From an endosymbiont of Galathealinum brachiosum (lineage in GTDB: Bacteria > Pseudomonadota > Gammaproteobacteria > SZUA-229), in NCBI GenBank assembly GCA_003349885.1, contig QFXC01000011.1:449977-513976 (forward strand): a stretch of DNA of 64,000 bases. The letters are read 5' to 3'. The translations under genes and the position numbers were made by a program. Shown one piece after another: positions 50,007 through 60,705 of the stretch; positions within the stretch are counted from its first letter, which is position 1, and every line of letters starts with the position of its first letter. The notes below the pieces were generated by a model. That model did no database searches, was not told where the DNA came from, and was given only the letters and a program-made list of their open reading frames with translations.

Positions 50007-51212
50007 ATGCAGGCTCATGATTTTTTTCTGACATTATTAATTATATTGTTAGCTGCGCGTATTTTTGCTGAGTTAGCAACACGATTAAAGACCCCTGCTG
50101 TGATAGGTGAGTTGTTTGCGGGTGTGGTTTTAGGGCCAAGTCTGTTTGGATGGATTGAGCCTACAGAAGCAATACGATTAATGGCTGGCATTGGCATTAT
50201 TCTGTTACTCTTTGAAGTTGGGCTTGGTACAGATGTAAAACGTCTTGTGCGCACAGGTGGTGCTTCTGTTCTGGTCGCGTTTTCCGGGTTTATCCTGCCA
50301 TTAATACTTGGTTTTACACTGGCATATTGGGTATTTGATCTCTCAGTAATGGTGTCGTTATTTATTGGTGGCACTCTGACAGCAACCAGTATTGGTATTA
50401 CCGTAAGGGTGCTGGCTGATCTCAAACGTCAAAACTCAAAGGAAGGCCAAATTGTTCTCGGCGCAGCTGTTTTAGATGATGTAATGGGTGTGGTATTACT
50501 CGCGCTACTTTATGAGTTTTCTACTGCTGGTGGTGTAAGCGTCATGAATGTGGGCAAAGTGCTTGTATTTATTACTGCCTTTTTTGTTCTAGCGCCGGTT
50601 GCGGCCAAATTGATGTCAATAATTATTAAACGTTTTGATGCTGCCAGTGAAATACCTGGACTTATACCAACAACAATTGTTTCTTTAGTTTTATTTTTTG
50701 CATGGTTGGCACATGTAATTGGTGCTCCAGAATTACTTGGTGGATTTGCTGCGGGGCTTGCATTGTCTCGGCGCTTTTTTATGCCGCTTGGCATTGCACT
50801 GCATGCGGACGAAGCTTTTGCAGATCGTATTGAATCTCAGATGAAACCCATTGTGCAACTATTTACCCCAATCTTTTTTGTTATGGTCGGTCTGTCATTA
50901 AATTTACGAGAGATAGATTGGGGTTCAGCATTCATCTGGATATTTTCGTTTTCTTTATTATTAGTAGCCGTTGCAGGAAAATTGACTGGCCCGTTGTTTC
51001 TAAAAGATAAATGGGCTAGCCGATTAATGATTGGTACGGCAATGATACCTCGTGGTGAAGTGGGTCTTATATTTGCAGAGCTTGGTAGAGCAGGTGGTAT
51101 ATTTAATAATGAAATTTATGCAGGAATGATAATTGTAATTGCGTTAACAACGTTATTACCACCGCTTTTCATGAAATGGTATTACGGTAGATATAGTCAG
51201 GAGTTTAAATGA
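50007..51212 (+). CDS. Cation:proton antiporter (CPA2 / Na+/H+ exchanger)
   Basis: LLFEVGL, ATSIGIT, AAVLDDV, MIPRGEVGLI. Confidence 0.93.
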   Translation: MQAHDFFLTLLIILLAARIFAELATRLKTPAVIGELFAGVVLGPSLFGWIEPTEAIRLMAGIGIILLLFEVGLGTDVKRLVRTGGASVLVAFSGFILPLILGFTLAYWVFDLSVMVSLFIGGTLTATSIGITVRVLADLKRQNSKEGQIVLGAAVLDDVMGVVLLALLYEFSTAGGVSVMNVGKVLVFITAFFVLAPVAAKLMSIIIKRFDAASEIPGLIPTTIVSLVLFFAWLAHVIGAPELLGGFAAGLALSRRFFMPLGIALHADEAFADRIESQMKPIVQLFTPIFFVMVGLSLNLREIDWGSAFIWIFSFSLLLVAVAGKLTGPLFLKDKWASRLMIGTAMIPRGEVGLIFAELGRAGGIFNNEIYAGMIIVIALTTLLPPLFMKWYYGRYSQEFK

Positions 51213-51277
51213 GTAATACAAATTGTATTTCTATTTAAACCAGCCGAAAAAGTAAATATAACAAATATTATTATGCT

Positions 51278-51637
51278 TCAGGTTCTTTTGATTTTTTCTT
51301 TTATTATTAAGACTAAAATCAAAAGAATAAAAACAAGTATATTAATTAAAGGTAAAGCGGCTATAAAAATAGAAGTGCTTTCATTCTTTTCAATAACGGG
51401 TACCCACCGACTACAAATTAATGAAATAAGATAAACAATGGGGTAACTGAACACTGTGCTAATAAATATATTTGACGAGGTGCTTGAGCCAGAGTCTGTT
51501 GATATAATTGCAGGAATATAAAGTACGCCTGATAAAATCAGTCCCAGTCCAAAAATAATATTTAATGTAGTTACTGTTAAGTTGGATAGCAACGCATACG
51601 CTGTTGCCAGCACAATATAACTTCCCAGCATATACAT
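51278..51637 (-). CDS. Small hypothetical membrane protein
   Basis: 119 aa, three to four hydrophobic segments. Confidence 0.5.
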   Translation of the reverse strand: MYMLGSYIVLATAYALLSNLTVTTLNIIFGLGLILSGVLYIPAIISTDSGSSTSSNIFISTVFSYPIVYLISLICSRWVPVIEKNESTSIFIAALPLINILVFILLILVLIIKEKIKRT

Positions 51638-51759
51638 TGAATATGTATATAATTAAGCGGCTCCCCAGGGGATGATTTTTATAATGTTATTCATTCGTAT
51701 CTAGTGTCCATTTCAAATCGGTTAATTATTTTAAGGTAATTCAGAATTTAGTAAGTTCA

Positions 51760-52659
51760 TTACTTATGATTACCGCAAAATAATGAGCTATCCAGCTTAT
51801 CTATAAACCATTGTAGAGAGCGACCGGTTTTTCCAGTACGCCATGCAAGATAACTTGTAGCCGTTTGATGCCCTGTTTCCACTTCTTTTTCAATTAATAA
51901 ACCCTGTTCAATTTCATTTTGAACAAAATATCGAGGTAAAAATCCTACCCCCATTCCCATAATATGAGCTTTTATTTTAGTTTTAAAATTGGGTACTGTA
52001 AAAATGTCCTGTCCAGAGTAAATTCCAGCGGTGCGTGGCGGAAGGTTGCGTGAAGTATCAGCTACCGCAATAACCCGATATTTAGAAATAATATCTTCAG
52101 GTATAGGCGTTTGTATTTTAGCTAATGGATGATCCGCTGCAATAACAAATATCCAGTCAATCTGACATAGTTTGCGTACGTGATACCCACCACCTGTTGG
52201 TCCATTGTCTGGTGCGCCGATCACGAGGTCGGCTCGATTACTCATTAATGCATCCCATGTGCCGCCATAAACTTCTGAGTGTAAACGTATGCGTGTTCCG
52301 CTTTGTTGTTGGTAAAACTCGTTTATGAGTTCAAGTAAACCTTCTATAGGTAACATATCTGCTATAGCGATATTTAATTCAATCTCCCATCCTCTTGATA
52401 CTTTTTTTACCTGATTCTCAAGTTCAGAAACGGCTTCGAGTAAATGTCGCCCTTCATCCAGTAAGAATTTACCGGATTCTGTAAGTTTAGCTCTATGACC
52501 AGCTCTATTAAATAAAGGTGTATTTAAATCCTGTTCCAGTTTTTTCATGCTGTAGGTAATCGCAGATGGAACGCGATGTAATGTTTCAGCGGCAGCAGCA
52601 AAACTTCCCTGTCTATGTATGGCATCCAGAACAATTAATGCATCGAGTGTTAATTTCAT
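51760..52659 (-). CDS. LysR-family regulator (YhaJ-like)
   Basis: LDAIHRQGSFAAAAETLHRVPSAITY HTH; GWEIEL; EVYGGTWDAL. Confidence 0.93.
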   Translation of the reverse strand: MKLTLDALIVLDAIHRQGSFAAAAETLHRVPSAITYSMKKLEQDLNTPLFNRAGHRAKLTESGKFLLDEGRHLLEAVSELENQVKKVSRGWEIELNIAIADMLPIEGLLELINEFYQQQSGTRIRLHSEVYGGTWDALMSNRADLVIGAPDNGPTGGGYHVRKLCQIDWIFVIAADHPLAKIQTPIPEDIISKYRVIAVADTSRNLPPRTAGIYSGQDIFTVPNFKTKIKAHIMGMGVGFLPRYFVQNEIEQGLLIEKEVETGHQTATSYLAWRTGKTGRSLQWFIDKLDSSLFCGNHK

Positions 52660-52804
52660 TCAATTATTTTAAACAAAATATGCAGATTATTCCAATATTA
52701 ATAATGCAACTGTCTGATTATTATTAAGTCCTAATATATGTCTGAAATTAAACAATCAATAAGAAGTGAATTATCTTATTGATTAATAAGGGTTTAGTGT
52801 AAAA

Positions 52805-53872
52805 ATGAATAAGTGCGAATTTATGAATTACGATGAACTATTTGCTCGGTTTATTCATAATAAAAAACAAGTAACTATCAAATATATTGAATTAGTTGCA
52901 ATTATAGTGCTGTTAGTTTTGTCAGTCAGTGAGTCATGGGCAGATACTTTTGCGCCAGATCCGTATTGGCAGGGTACTTTAGGGCCTTTAAATATTCGCT
53001 CTCTTTCGCCTGGCCAGGCCTTACGCCTGGCTCCCTTACCGAGATCCCCATATGGTTTGCCTGATGGAGAAACGGAACTACAGTTTCATATTGCTGCAGC
53101 CAGTGTTTATTTGCGCTCAGAAGGTGAGTACCTGATTGATTTCAACTTTATTGATACGCGTCTGGCTATTAACCATGGATTTTCTGATAGCTGGTCAACG
53201 GAGTTATCATTTAATGATAGACGTATAAAGAATCTGTACCTTGATGAGGTTGTAGAATCCTTTCATGATGTTTTTGGAATTGAACAAAATGGACGTGATA
53301 TCAATCAGAATGAAACACATATCGTTATACCCGGATATTCGGCAAACTTTGCTAATGAACTGGACGGTGTTTTCTCACAAACACTGGGTTTCTCAATTCA
53401 AAAAGTACTTATAGATAAAAGTGTAGAGTGGCCTGCAGTCGCGATTATTTTCAATACAGGTTTAGAAATACTTTCAGGTGGCATGATAGAAAAAGGTGCA
53501 TTTGATTATGGTTTACAGTTAACCATGGCGCAGAAACAGTCGTCAGGTTATATGTTTGCAAATCTTTCATATACGCGATTTGGATCGGAAAAAACGCTGG
53601 AAGTTATCCCGTTAACTGAAAAGCAGTTTTCGGGTATGTTTGGATATGAATTTACAATGACTGGTAATGAAGCCTTTATAGTGCAGTATTTGTTTAGTGA
53701 GGGTGTATTGAAAGATCTGGGAGCGCTGGATAAAGTAAGCCATGAGATACATTTTGGTTACAAGTGGCGTACTGAGAATAATATTATTGAAGTGGGTCTG
53801 GTTGAAAATATAGTCAATTTTGATAATGGGCCGGATGTGGCATTTACATTTGGGGTTACACGCAGAATTTGA
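52805..53872 (+). CDS. DUF3187-like outer-membrane beta-barrel protein
   Basis: GPLNIRSLSP, FHDVFGI.QNGR, ENIVNFDNGPDVAF, terminal beta-strand; start uncertain. Confidence 0.75.
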   Translation: MNKCEFMNYDELFARFIHNKKQVTIKYIELVAIIVLLVLSVSESWADTFAPDPYWQGTLGPLNIRSLSPGQALRLAPLPRSPYGLPDGETELQFHIAAASVYLRSEGEYLIDFNFIDTRLAINHGFSDSWSTELSFNDRRIKNLYLDEVVESFHDVFGIEQNGRDINQNETHIVIPGYSANFANELDGVFSQTLGFSIQKVLIDKSVEWPAVAIIFNTGLEILSGGMIEKGAFDYGLQLTMAQKQSSGYMFANLSYTRFGSEKTLEVIPLTEKQFSGMFGYEFTMTGNEAFIVQYLFSEGVLKDLGALDKVSHEIHFGYKWRTENNIIEVGLVENIVNFDNGPDVAFTFGVTRRI

Positions 53873-53980
53873 GTATTCAGTGAAAGAAGCATTAAATCAC
53901 TGAAGATGTAGAGGTTTGATGGATTGCATCGCATGTGAATCCAGATCTAATTTTAATAAACTGTATTTAAATAGAGGCAT

Positions 53981-54014
53981 AAAAAAAGGGTGACATGATA
54001 GTCACCCTTTTTTT
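53981..54014. terminator. Bidirectional Rho-independent terminator
   Basis: AAAAAAAGGGTGAC-ATGATA-GTCACCCTTTTTTT between convergent genes. Confidence 0.9.
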
Positions 54015-54036
54015 GTCCTGAGGAGGAAGTAGTAAA

Positions 54037-54372
54037 TTAACTACAGCCCTTAGGGCGTGGTAAACCCGCAATTTTATTTGCGCATTTAATTAGACCAGTT
54101 GGGAACAGAGAATATATATATTTCTGATCACTTTTGTCTTTGCCGTACTCTTTCTTCATCTTTTTAGAAAAAGCGCGTGGCTCACAAACCTGGCCATTAT
54201 CATGAAAGTGCTCACGGGCCATATTAATAATGTTCCAGTGTTCTTCAGTTAGTTCAGGAACATTTTCAGTAATCGCGATTTTCTCCGCTAACCCTTCACT
54301 CCACTCTTCTAAATTTAGCAGCCAGCCTGCTTCGCTTAATTCAATTGTTTTACCGTCAACAACCGCTTCCAT
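54037..54372 (-). CDS. TusE/DsrC/DsvC-family sulfur relay protein
   Basis: GWLLNLEEWSE, LTEEHW, YSLFP, C-terminal KIAGLPRPKGCS. Confidence 0.92.
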   Translation of the reverse strand: MEAVVDGKTIELSEAGWLLNLEEWSEGLAEKIAITENVPELTEEHWNIINMAREHFHDNGQVCEPRAFSKKMKKEYGKDKSDQKYIYSLFPTGLIKCANKIAGLPRPKGCS

Positions 54373-54419
54373 TACATCACCTCGTAAAAAATAAATAATC
54401 TTGACTAATTTGGTCGGGT

Positions 54420-54448
54420 ATTATCCATGAAATCGCCTTCAGAGGCAA
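54420..54448 (-). promoter_or_regulatory. Candidate sigma70 promoter of the DsrC-like gene
   Basis: Minus strand TTGCCT, 17-nt spacer, GATAAT. Confidence 0.5.
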
Positions 54449-54569
54449 ATACTTTTAAGATATTTGTTAGACAGTCGTCTTAGTTAGTGATAATGTTAAT
54501 TTCTTCGCGTTCTCGTATGAGATCGTCTAAGCTCAATATATACACTAGCTTAATTCATGTGAGAAGCTT

Positions 54570-54911
54570 ATGTCTGATCAGAAAATTGATATGTTTAAAG
54601 GTGTTCTCCCCGGGGAGCCATTGTATAAAATTGCGCCCACACGTGATGAAAATGGTAAATCATTTGTTGATTTTATGCTGATTATTCCCAGGCTAAAGAA
54701 AAAACCACAGGATTATATTGATCGAACTTTGACGGATATCCAGATGGTATTATCCCGTTATAGTTCAGATGTGGTTTTTGCTAATATGGACTTAAAAATC
54801 AATTGCTTATGGGTTTCCCATAAAGCAAAACCCGGTTTATGTAAGGAGTTAACCGCCGCTATCCGACAATATGTGCCTGAGGCGACATTGGTCGGTGACG
54901 TTTCTCGCTAA
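54570..54911 (+). CDS. Hypothetical protein
   Basis: 113-aa ORF with GAAG RBS; FVDFMLIIP...VVFANMDLKINCLWVS. Confidence 0.7.
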   Translation: MSDQKIDMFKGVLPGEPLYKIAPTRDENGKSFVDFMLIIPRLKKKPQDYIDRTLTDIQMVLSRYSSDVVFANMDLKINCLWVSHKAKPGLCKELTAAIRQYVPEATLVGDVSR

Positions 54912-54934
54912 ACTTAAATATACTGAATAAAATT

Positions 54935-55273
54935 ATGACAGATGCAGTAATCGATACACTGGTTTTTAATGAAATTGCTGACCTAATGGGTGATTCAATA
55001 AATGAATTTATTGAAATCTACCTCGATAATTCGCCTAAATTGCTTAAAGGCATTGGCATTGCTGTCCCAGCGGGTGATCTTGAGGGCGTGATAGCGAATT
55101 CGCATCAGTTAAAAGGTGGCAGTGGAAGTATTGGGGCGATGCAGGTTTTTCACTATGCAAAACAGCTGGAAGATGATGCTAGAGCAGGTGAATCTGCTGA
55201 TCTGGCGAGTGTATTTGTGCAGCTAGAAACAGCTTATGAGCAGGTGGAAGCAGATTTGAGAAATCGCCTGTAG
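54935..55273 (+). CDS. Stand-alone Hpt phosphotransfer protein
   Basis: SHQLKGGSGSIGA motif. Confidence 0.92.
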   Translation: MTDAVIDTLVFNEIADLMGDSINEFIEIYLDNSPKLLKGIGIAVPAGDLEGVIANSHQLKGGSGSIGAMQVFHYAKQLEDDARAGESADLASVFVQLETAYEQVEADLRNRL

Positions 55274-55320
55274 GTCATCAAGCCTCTATGAAAGATAGCA
55301 GGTGTCTACAGGCATTTGTT

Positions 55321-56724
55321 TTATTTTATTCTTTCACGTCCATCAGCTACAGCTTTTAATACCTGTTCAGGTGCTGTGCCACCAATATGATTACGTGCTG
55401 CCACCGAGCCTTCCAGTGTTAATACATCAAATACATCTTTATGAATGATATCTGAAAACTTCTGTAGTTCTTCTAGTGACATTTCACTTAAGTCTTTATT
55501 TGAGTCAACGCCAAAAGCAACGGCTTTACCCACTACTTCATGTGCGTCACGAAATGGCAGGCCTTTAACAACCAGATAATCAGCTAAATCTGTGGCAGTA
55601 GAAAAACCCTGTTTAGCTGCCTTGTACATATTCTCTTTTTTAGATTCAATTGCGGGAATCATGTCAGCAAATGCACGTAAAGAACCTAATAACGTATCGA
55701 TTGTGTCAAAAATAGGTTCTTTATCTTCCTGATTGTCCTTGTTGTAAGCCAGTGGTTGAGATTTCATTAGTGTGAGAAGTGAAATTAAATGGCCGTTAAC
55801 TCGACCTGTTTTACCGCGAACTAACTCAGGCACGTCCGGGTTTTTCTTTTGCGGCATAATCGAAGAACCGGTACAGAAACGATCAGGTAAATTGATAAAA
55901 TTAAACTGTGCAGATGACCAGAGAACCAGCTCTTCAGAGAAGCGAGAAAGATGGGTCATTAAAATAGCCGCGTCAGCACAGAACTCGATAGCAAAGTCCC
56001 GGTCACTTACCGCATCTAGTGAATTGCGGCAAACGTCGTCGAACTTGAGCTGTTCTGCAGTGAAATGTCTATCAATTGGATATGTTGTGCCCGCTAGTGC
56101 GGCTGCACCCAGAGGTAAAACATTTAATCGGCGAGCGCAGTCTTGCAGGCGAGAAGCATCTCGGTGCATGTTTTCGAACCAGGCTAACAGGTGGTGACCG
56201 AATGTAACAGGTTGAGCCACCTGTAAATGTGTAAAACCGGGCATGATGGTGTTAGCTTCACGTTCGGCCAGATCAAGTAAACCGGTTTGCAGTCGGCGAA
56301 TTTCAGCGATTGCAAAAGCAATTTGATCACGTAGATACAGGCGAATATCGGTAGCGACCTGATCATTACGTGAGCGCCCGGTATGCAGACGTTTACCCGC
56401 ATCTCCAACTATTTCAGTAAGACGTGCTTCGATATTCATATGCACGTCTTCACGGGCGATTGACCATTCGAATTTACCGTCGGTTATTTCCTGTTCTATT
56501 TGATCAAGCCCTTTTAATAGAGCCTGTAAATCTTCATCAGTTAACACGTTAATTTTCTTTAACATGCGGGCATGTGCACGAGAGCCTTCGATATCCTGTC
56601 GATACATACGCTGATCGAACTGAACAGAGGCGGTAAATGCCTCTACAAATGCATCGGTTGGTTCTGTAAAACGACCACCCCATAATTTCTCAGGTGGTGT
56701 ATTTGAATCTGAAGAGTTGCTCAT
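55321..56724 (-). CDS. argH: Argininosuccinate lyase
   Basis: [37 protein letters not shown]; real start is ATG at 56724. Confidence 0.99.
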   Translation of the reverse strand: MSNSSDSNTPPEKLWGGRFTEPTDAFVEAFTASVQFDQRMYRQDIEGSRAHARMLKKINVLTDEDLQALLKGLDQIEQEITDGKFEWSIAREDVHMNIEARLTEIVGDAGKRLHTGRSRNDQVATDIRLYLRDQIAFAIAEIRRLQTGLLDLAEREANTIMPGFTHLQVAQPVTFGHHLLAWFENMHRDASRLQDCARRLNVLPLGAAALAGTTYPIDRHFTAEQLKFDDVCRNSLDAVSDRDFAIEFCADAAILMTHLSRFSEELVLWSSAQFNFINLPDRFCTGSSIMPQKKNPDVPELVRGKTGRVNGHLISLLTLMKSQPLAYNKDNQEDKEPIFDTIDTLLGSLRAFADMIPAIESKKENMYKAAKQGFSTATDLADYLVVKGLPFRDAHEVVGKAVAFGVDSNKDLSEMSLEELQKFSDIIHKDVFDVLTLEGSVAARNHIGGTAPEQVLKAVADGRERIK

Positions 56725-56835
56725 GATGATGCCGAATCCTGAAACTGGTTTTGAATTAGCGCGGAGTATAGCAAAACCCATACAGCTAACCAATTGAAGT
56801 GTTTTTTCTTCTGTGAAGCAATAGACGAATTCTTT

Positions 56836-56930
56836 CGGATTGGTAAACTGGTGTCGCTTTACCCTGTTCATGCTCATCTCCATTGGGGAAATGTCAAAAC
56901 AGGGTAAAGCGACACCAGCTTAACAATCTG
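56836..56930. repeat. 95-nt long hairpin (21-bp perfect inverted repeat plus extensions) in the divergent argH-algZ spacer
   Basis: CTGGTGTCGCTTTACCCTGTT (56848-56868) / AACAGGGTAAAGCGACACCAG (56898-56918). Confidence 0.85.
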
Positions 56931-57005
56931 ACAAATGCCCACTTCAGTGCAACAACTGCCTTAGTAATAATTAACATACCTACCGTTTATCGTCTAAACT
57001 GAAGT

Positions 57006-58046
57006 ATGGATATGGAATTGAATTCAAATCGGGGGTTTATCCCGAATTTATGCGAAGTTTCAGCTGTTTTTATGCTGATTTTAATGGTCGAGCTCCTGTC
57101 ACTGCTTCTTGCTTTAGCATCTTCTGAGCAAACAGGCTTCTGGCAGCGTTTAGCATTTATTTCATTTTTTGCTCAATGGTTGGGTTTAATTAATGCCAGT
57201 TTGTTGTGCCTGTTAAAAAATTGGCTGAATAAACAGACCGTACTTTTATGTGCGTCATTTAGTTTTGTGATGATGTTGTTCGTTACGTTTATATTCAGCG
57301 CACTGGTTATATATATAGGTGACATGCTGGCAATATCAGGCAGCCCCAGTAAACAGCAGATCATTTATTTCATTGTGCGAAATATGGCTATCAGTAGCAT
57401 TATTTATGGTGTATTGCTGCGTTACTTCTATGTTCAATACCAATGGCGTTCGAATTTACAGGCACAAAGTCATGCGCAGGTTCAGGCGTTAAAGGCACGT
57501 ATTCGGCCTCATTTTCTGTTCAATTGCATGAATACCATTGCCAGCCTGGTGCATATTGATGCGGATAAAGCGGAGAAGGCGGTTGAGGATTTATCCGATC
57601 TGTTTAGAGCCAGTTTGCAGGAAGATACGGTTCATACATTACGTGATGAATTAGATCTCGTTGCAAGTTACCTTGATATTGAACATTTGCGTCTGGATCA
57701 GCGCCTTTCTACGGATTGGCAGTTAGATGATGATGCAATGACAATAGAAGTGCCTTCATTATGTTTACAGCCTTTAGTTGAAAATGCAATTTACCATGGT
57801 ATTGAGCCGCTTCCTGATGGAGGTAATATAAAAATTTCAGCGCAACTTGAAAACAATCGACTATGCTTAAGTGTAAGCAATCCGGTTATAGGGCATGGTG
57901 CTATGAGCCGGCACAAGGGAAATCATATGGCACAGGCAAATATACAGACTCGTCTGGCACTGATGTATGGAGACGAAGCCGAATTTAATATTAATGCAGA
58001 GCCTGATCTGTATACGGTTTCCATAGGAATACCTTTAAAAATATGA
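57006..58046 (+). CDS. algZ: LytS-type sensor kinase (AlgZ/FimS-like)
   Basis: ALKARIRPHFLFN, LQPLVENAIYHG; synteny argH-algZ-algR-hemC. Confidence 0.85.
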   Translation: MDMELNSNRGFIPNLCEVSAVFMLILMVELLSLLLALASSEQTGFWQRLAFISFFAQWLGLINASLLCLLKNWLNKQTVLLCASFSFVMMLFVTFIFSALVIYIGDMLAISGSPSKQQIIYFIVRNMAISSIIYGVLLRYFYVQYQWRSNLQAQSHAQVQALKARIRPHFLFNCMNTIASLVHIDADKAEKAVEDLSDLFRASLQEDTVHTLRDELDLVASYLDIEHLRLDQRLSTDWQLDDDAMTIEVPSLCLQPLVENAIYHGIEPLPDGGNIKISAQLENNRLCLSVSNPVIGHGAMSRHKGNHMAQANIQTRLALMYGDEAEFNINAEPDLYTVSIGIPLKI

Positions 58047-58789
58047 ATATATTGATTGTCGATGATGAGCCGTTGGCCAGACAGAGATTGATTGGTCTGG
58101 TACAGGAGTTAAATGGTTTTGAAACTTGCGCTAATGCGTCTAATGGTAAAGATGCCTTACGACTTGCGCAGGAGTTAAAGCCAGATGTGGTTTTGCTGGA
58201 TATTCGTATGCCCGGTATGGACGGTATTGAAACAGCACATCATATGAATCGATTGAGCAAACCCCCGGCAATCATATTTACAACAGCTTTTAGTGAGCAT
58301 GCATTAAAAGCGTTTGAAACCCATGCTGTTGATTATCTGCTTAAACCGATTAAGCAGGATCGCTTACATGAAGCACTGGATGCAGCTGCTCGATTGACCA
58401 AACCTCAGTTAGAACAGCTTAAATATATTGATGAGCAGCCAAAAGTTCGCACTCATATCTGTGTTAAAACCCGGGGTACGCTTGAACTGGTGCCAATTGA
58501 AAGTATTCGTTATTTTCTTGCGGATCATAAGTATGTGACGTTACGTACCGGCGATCATGAATGTTTGATAGAAGAGTCGTTAAAGTCGCTTGAAACTGAG
58601 TTTGATCATATATTTACCCGCATTCATCGAAATGCACTGGTTGCTGACCAGTTTATGAATGGACTGGAAAAAAATTCTGAAGGTCATTGCGTCATTACCA
58701 TAGAGGGTATTGAAGAGCGACTGGAAATATCCAGACGTCATTTGCCCCATGTGCGTAAAAAAATCAAGAATATGGCAACTTATAAGTAA
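58043..58789 (+). CDS. algR: LytTR response regulator (AlgR-like)
   Basis: IVDDEPLAR, LLDIRMPGMDG, DYLLKP, YFLADHKYVT, RIHRNALV, SRR. Confidence 0.88.
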   Translation: MNILIVDDEPLARQRLIGLVQELNGFETCANASNGKDALRLAQELKPDVVLLDIRMPGMDGIETAHHMNRLSKPPAIIFTTAFSEHALKAFETHAVDYLLKPIKQDRLHEALDAAARLTKPQLEQLKYIDEQPKVRTHICVKTRGTLELVPIESIRYFLADHKYVTLRTGDHECLIEESLKSLETEFDHIFTRIHRNALVADQFMNGLEKNSEGHCVITIEGIEERLEISRRHLPHVRKKIKNMATYK

Positions 58790-58914
58790 CAGCAGGCGTA
58801 ATTAAGAAGTAAATTTCAGCTACATTAATCTAAAACAAGATAAGCAAAGAGTTATCCTACGCATCAGTATTAATCTGCGCTAAAATATGCTGTTTTAAAT
58901 GTCTGGATTAATTC

Positions 58915-59844
58915 ATGTCACAAACCATCCGCATCGCTACACGTAAAAGCCCCCTTGCTCTCTGGCAGGCTGAAGAAGTTTCACGTCAGTTAACGCTTTT
59001 ATATCCAGATATAAATATAGAGTTAATTAAAATCCTTTCAAAAGGTGACAAAATTCTTGATGCGCCTCTGGCCAAAGTCGGTGGTAAAGGTCTGTTTGTA
59101 AAAGAGCTTGAGCAGTCCATGCTTGACGGGGAATCAGATATAGCCGTTCATTCAATGAAAGATGTACCCATGGTATTTCCTGATGGATTGCACCTTCCGG
59201 TTATTATGGAGCGTGAAGATCCAACTGATGCATTTGTGTCTAATAATTATAAGAGCCTGGAAGAATTACCAGAAGATGCGCGTATTGGATCGTCCAGTTT
59301 GCGTCGTCAGTTACAGATTAAAGAAGTGATGCCTAAAGCGCAGATGCTGAATTTACGGGGCAATGTAAATAGTCGCCTGCAAAAGCTCGATAATGGTGAT
59401 TACGATGCCATTATACTGGCAACAGCTGGTTTATTAAGGCTTGAATTTGAAGAACGTATTAAAGGCCGGATTACACCTGAGCAAAGTCTACCGTCAGTTG
59501 GTCAGGGCGCTGTTGGTATCGAGTGTCGTGTAGGCGATGAAAGAATAGAGTCATTAATTGCACCCTTAAACCATGCTGATACTCATACTCGACTGAGTGC
59601 AGAGCGAGCAATGAATAATCGTTTAAATGGTGGTTGTCAGGTGCCAATAGCAGGATTTGCTCTTTTGGAAAATAATGAAATATATCTCCGCGGACTGGTC
59701 GGGCGCCCGGATGGCAGTGAGGTGGTACGAGGTGATATTAGAGGGCCATCTCAGGATGCTGAAGCCTTAGGTAGACAATTGGCTGAGCAGTTATTAAATG
59801 ATGGTGCGGATGTAATATTGCGCGAAATGGGAATGATTGATTGA
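58915..59844 (+). CDS. hemC: Hydroxymethylbilane synthase
   Basis: [36 protein letters not shown]. Confidence 0.99.
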   Translation: MSQTIRIATRKSPLALWQAEEVSRQLTLLYPDINIELIKILSKGDKILDAPLAKVGGKGLFVKELEQSMLDGESDIAVHSMKDVPMVFPDGLHLPVIMEREDPTDAFVSNNYKSLEELPEDARIGSSSLRRQLQIKEVMPKAQMLNLRGNVNSRLQKLDNGDYDAIILATAGLLRLEFEERIKGRITPEQSLPSVGQGAVGIECRVGDERIESLIAPLNHADTHTRLSAERAMNNRLNGGCQVPIAGFALLENNEIYLRGLVGRPDGSEVVRGDIRGPSQDAEALGRQLAEQLLNDGADVILREMGMID

Positions 59845-59893
59845 TTTATTTATTTCGTTATTATCGACCGAATTATTCGTTATCAGGTCTGTA

Positions 59894-60679
59894 ATGTCAG
59901 AAAGTAATAAAATCGTACTGGTTACCCGGCCCCAACAACAGGCGGCCGAGTTTATAGGTTTATTAAAAGATAAAGGCATTAATTCACTGCCTTTTCCAAG
60001 TATAGAAATACAGGCTGTTGAATTAAATCAGTCACTTAAAAAAATATTAGATACGCTAAATCGTTTTGATTTGATATTTTTTATAAGCGTTAATGCAGTC
60101 AGGTATGCTGAAAAGGCTTTACTACAGGCAGGGATAGAGCCGGATTCTATTACGGCAAAAATTGCGACCATTGGTAAAGCTACATTTGCTGTAGCGAAAT
60201 CATCGGGCTTCAATGTGACACTGAGCCCAGATAATGGATTTAATAGTGATTCTCTATTGGCATTGAATGAATTGCAGGCAGAATATATAAGTAATACACA
60301 ATGCCTGATATTCAGAGGGGCCGGTGGCCTGGATTATCTGTCTAATGAATTGCAGAAACGGGGTGCGCAGGTGCAGTATGCTGAGGTATATAAACGCACT
60401 AAACCGTTAGAGGATAAAGGTATAAGCCGTTTGCAACTCAGTGAAGACTGGAGTGGGCAGAGAATAAGTGTCATTACAGTTACCAGTAATGAATCATTAC
60501 AAAATCTGTATGATATGCTTGAGCGGCCGGGTAAAGATGAAATATTAAAAACACCATTAGTGGTGGCATCTTCACGAGGATTCGAGCTGGCTAAAAGTCT
60601 CGGATTTAAGACGATACAACTAGCGTCATCAGCGATGAATCATCATATGCTTGAAGCTGTTGAAAAAACATTAAAATGA
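59894..60679 (+). CDS. hemD: Uroporphyrinogen-III synthase
   Basis: LVTRP, FISVNAV, IGKAT, EVYKR, TVTS; ATG 59894. Confidence 0.95.
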   Translation: MSESNKIVLVTRPQQQAAEFIGLLKDKGINSLPFPSIEIQAVELNQSLKKILDTLNRFDLIFFISVNAVRYAEKALLQAGIEPDSITAKIATIGKATFAVAKSSGFNVTLSPDNGFNSDSLLALNELQAEYISNTQCLIFRGAGGLDYLSNELQKRGAQVQYAEVYKRTKPLEDKGISRLQLSEDWSGQRISVITVTSNESLQNLYDMLERPGKDEILKTPLVVASSRGFELAKSLGFKTIQLASSAMNHHMLEAVEKTLK

Positions 60680-60705
60680 ACAGGTTATTTTAAAGTAAAT
60701 TTATT

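Noticed and set aside
54037-54372. DsrC-like gene as proof of the Dsr pathway
   Set aside because: It lacks the canonical C-X10-C and has no dsr neighbours; TusE-like paralogs occur without DsrAB.
56725-56883. 53-aa N-terminal extension of ArgH
   Set aside because: It runs through the promoter and hairpin region; conserved ArgH starts near LWGGRF, and ATG 56724 fits.
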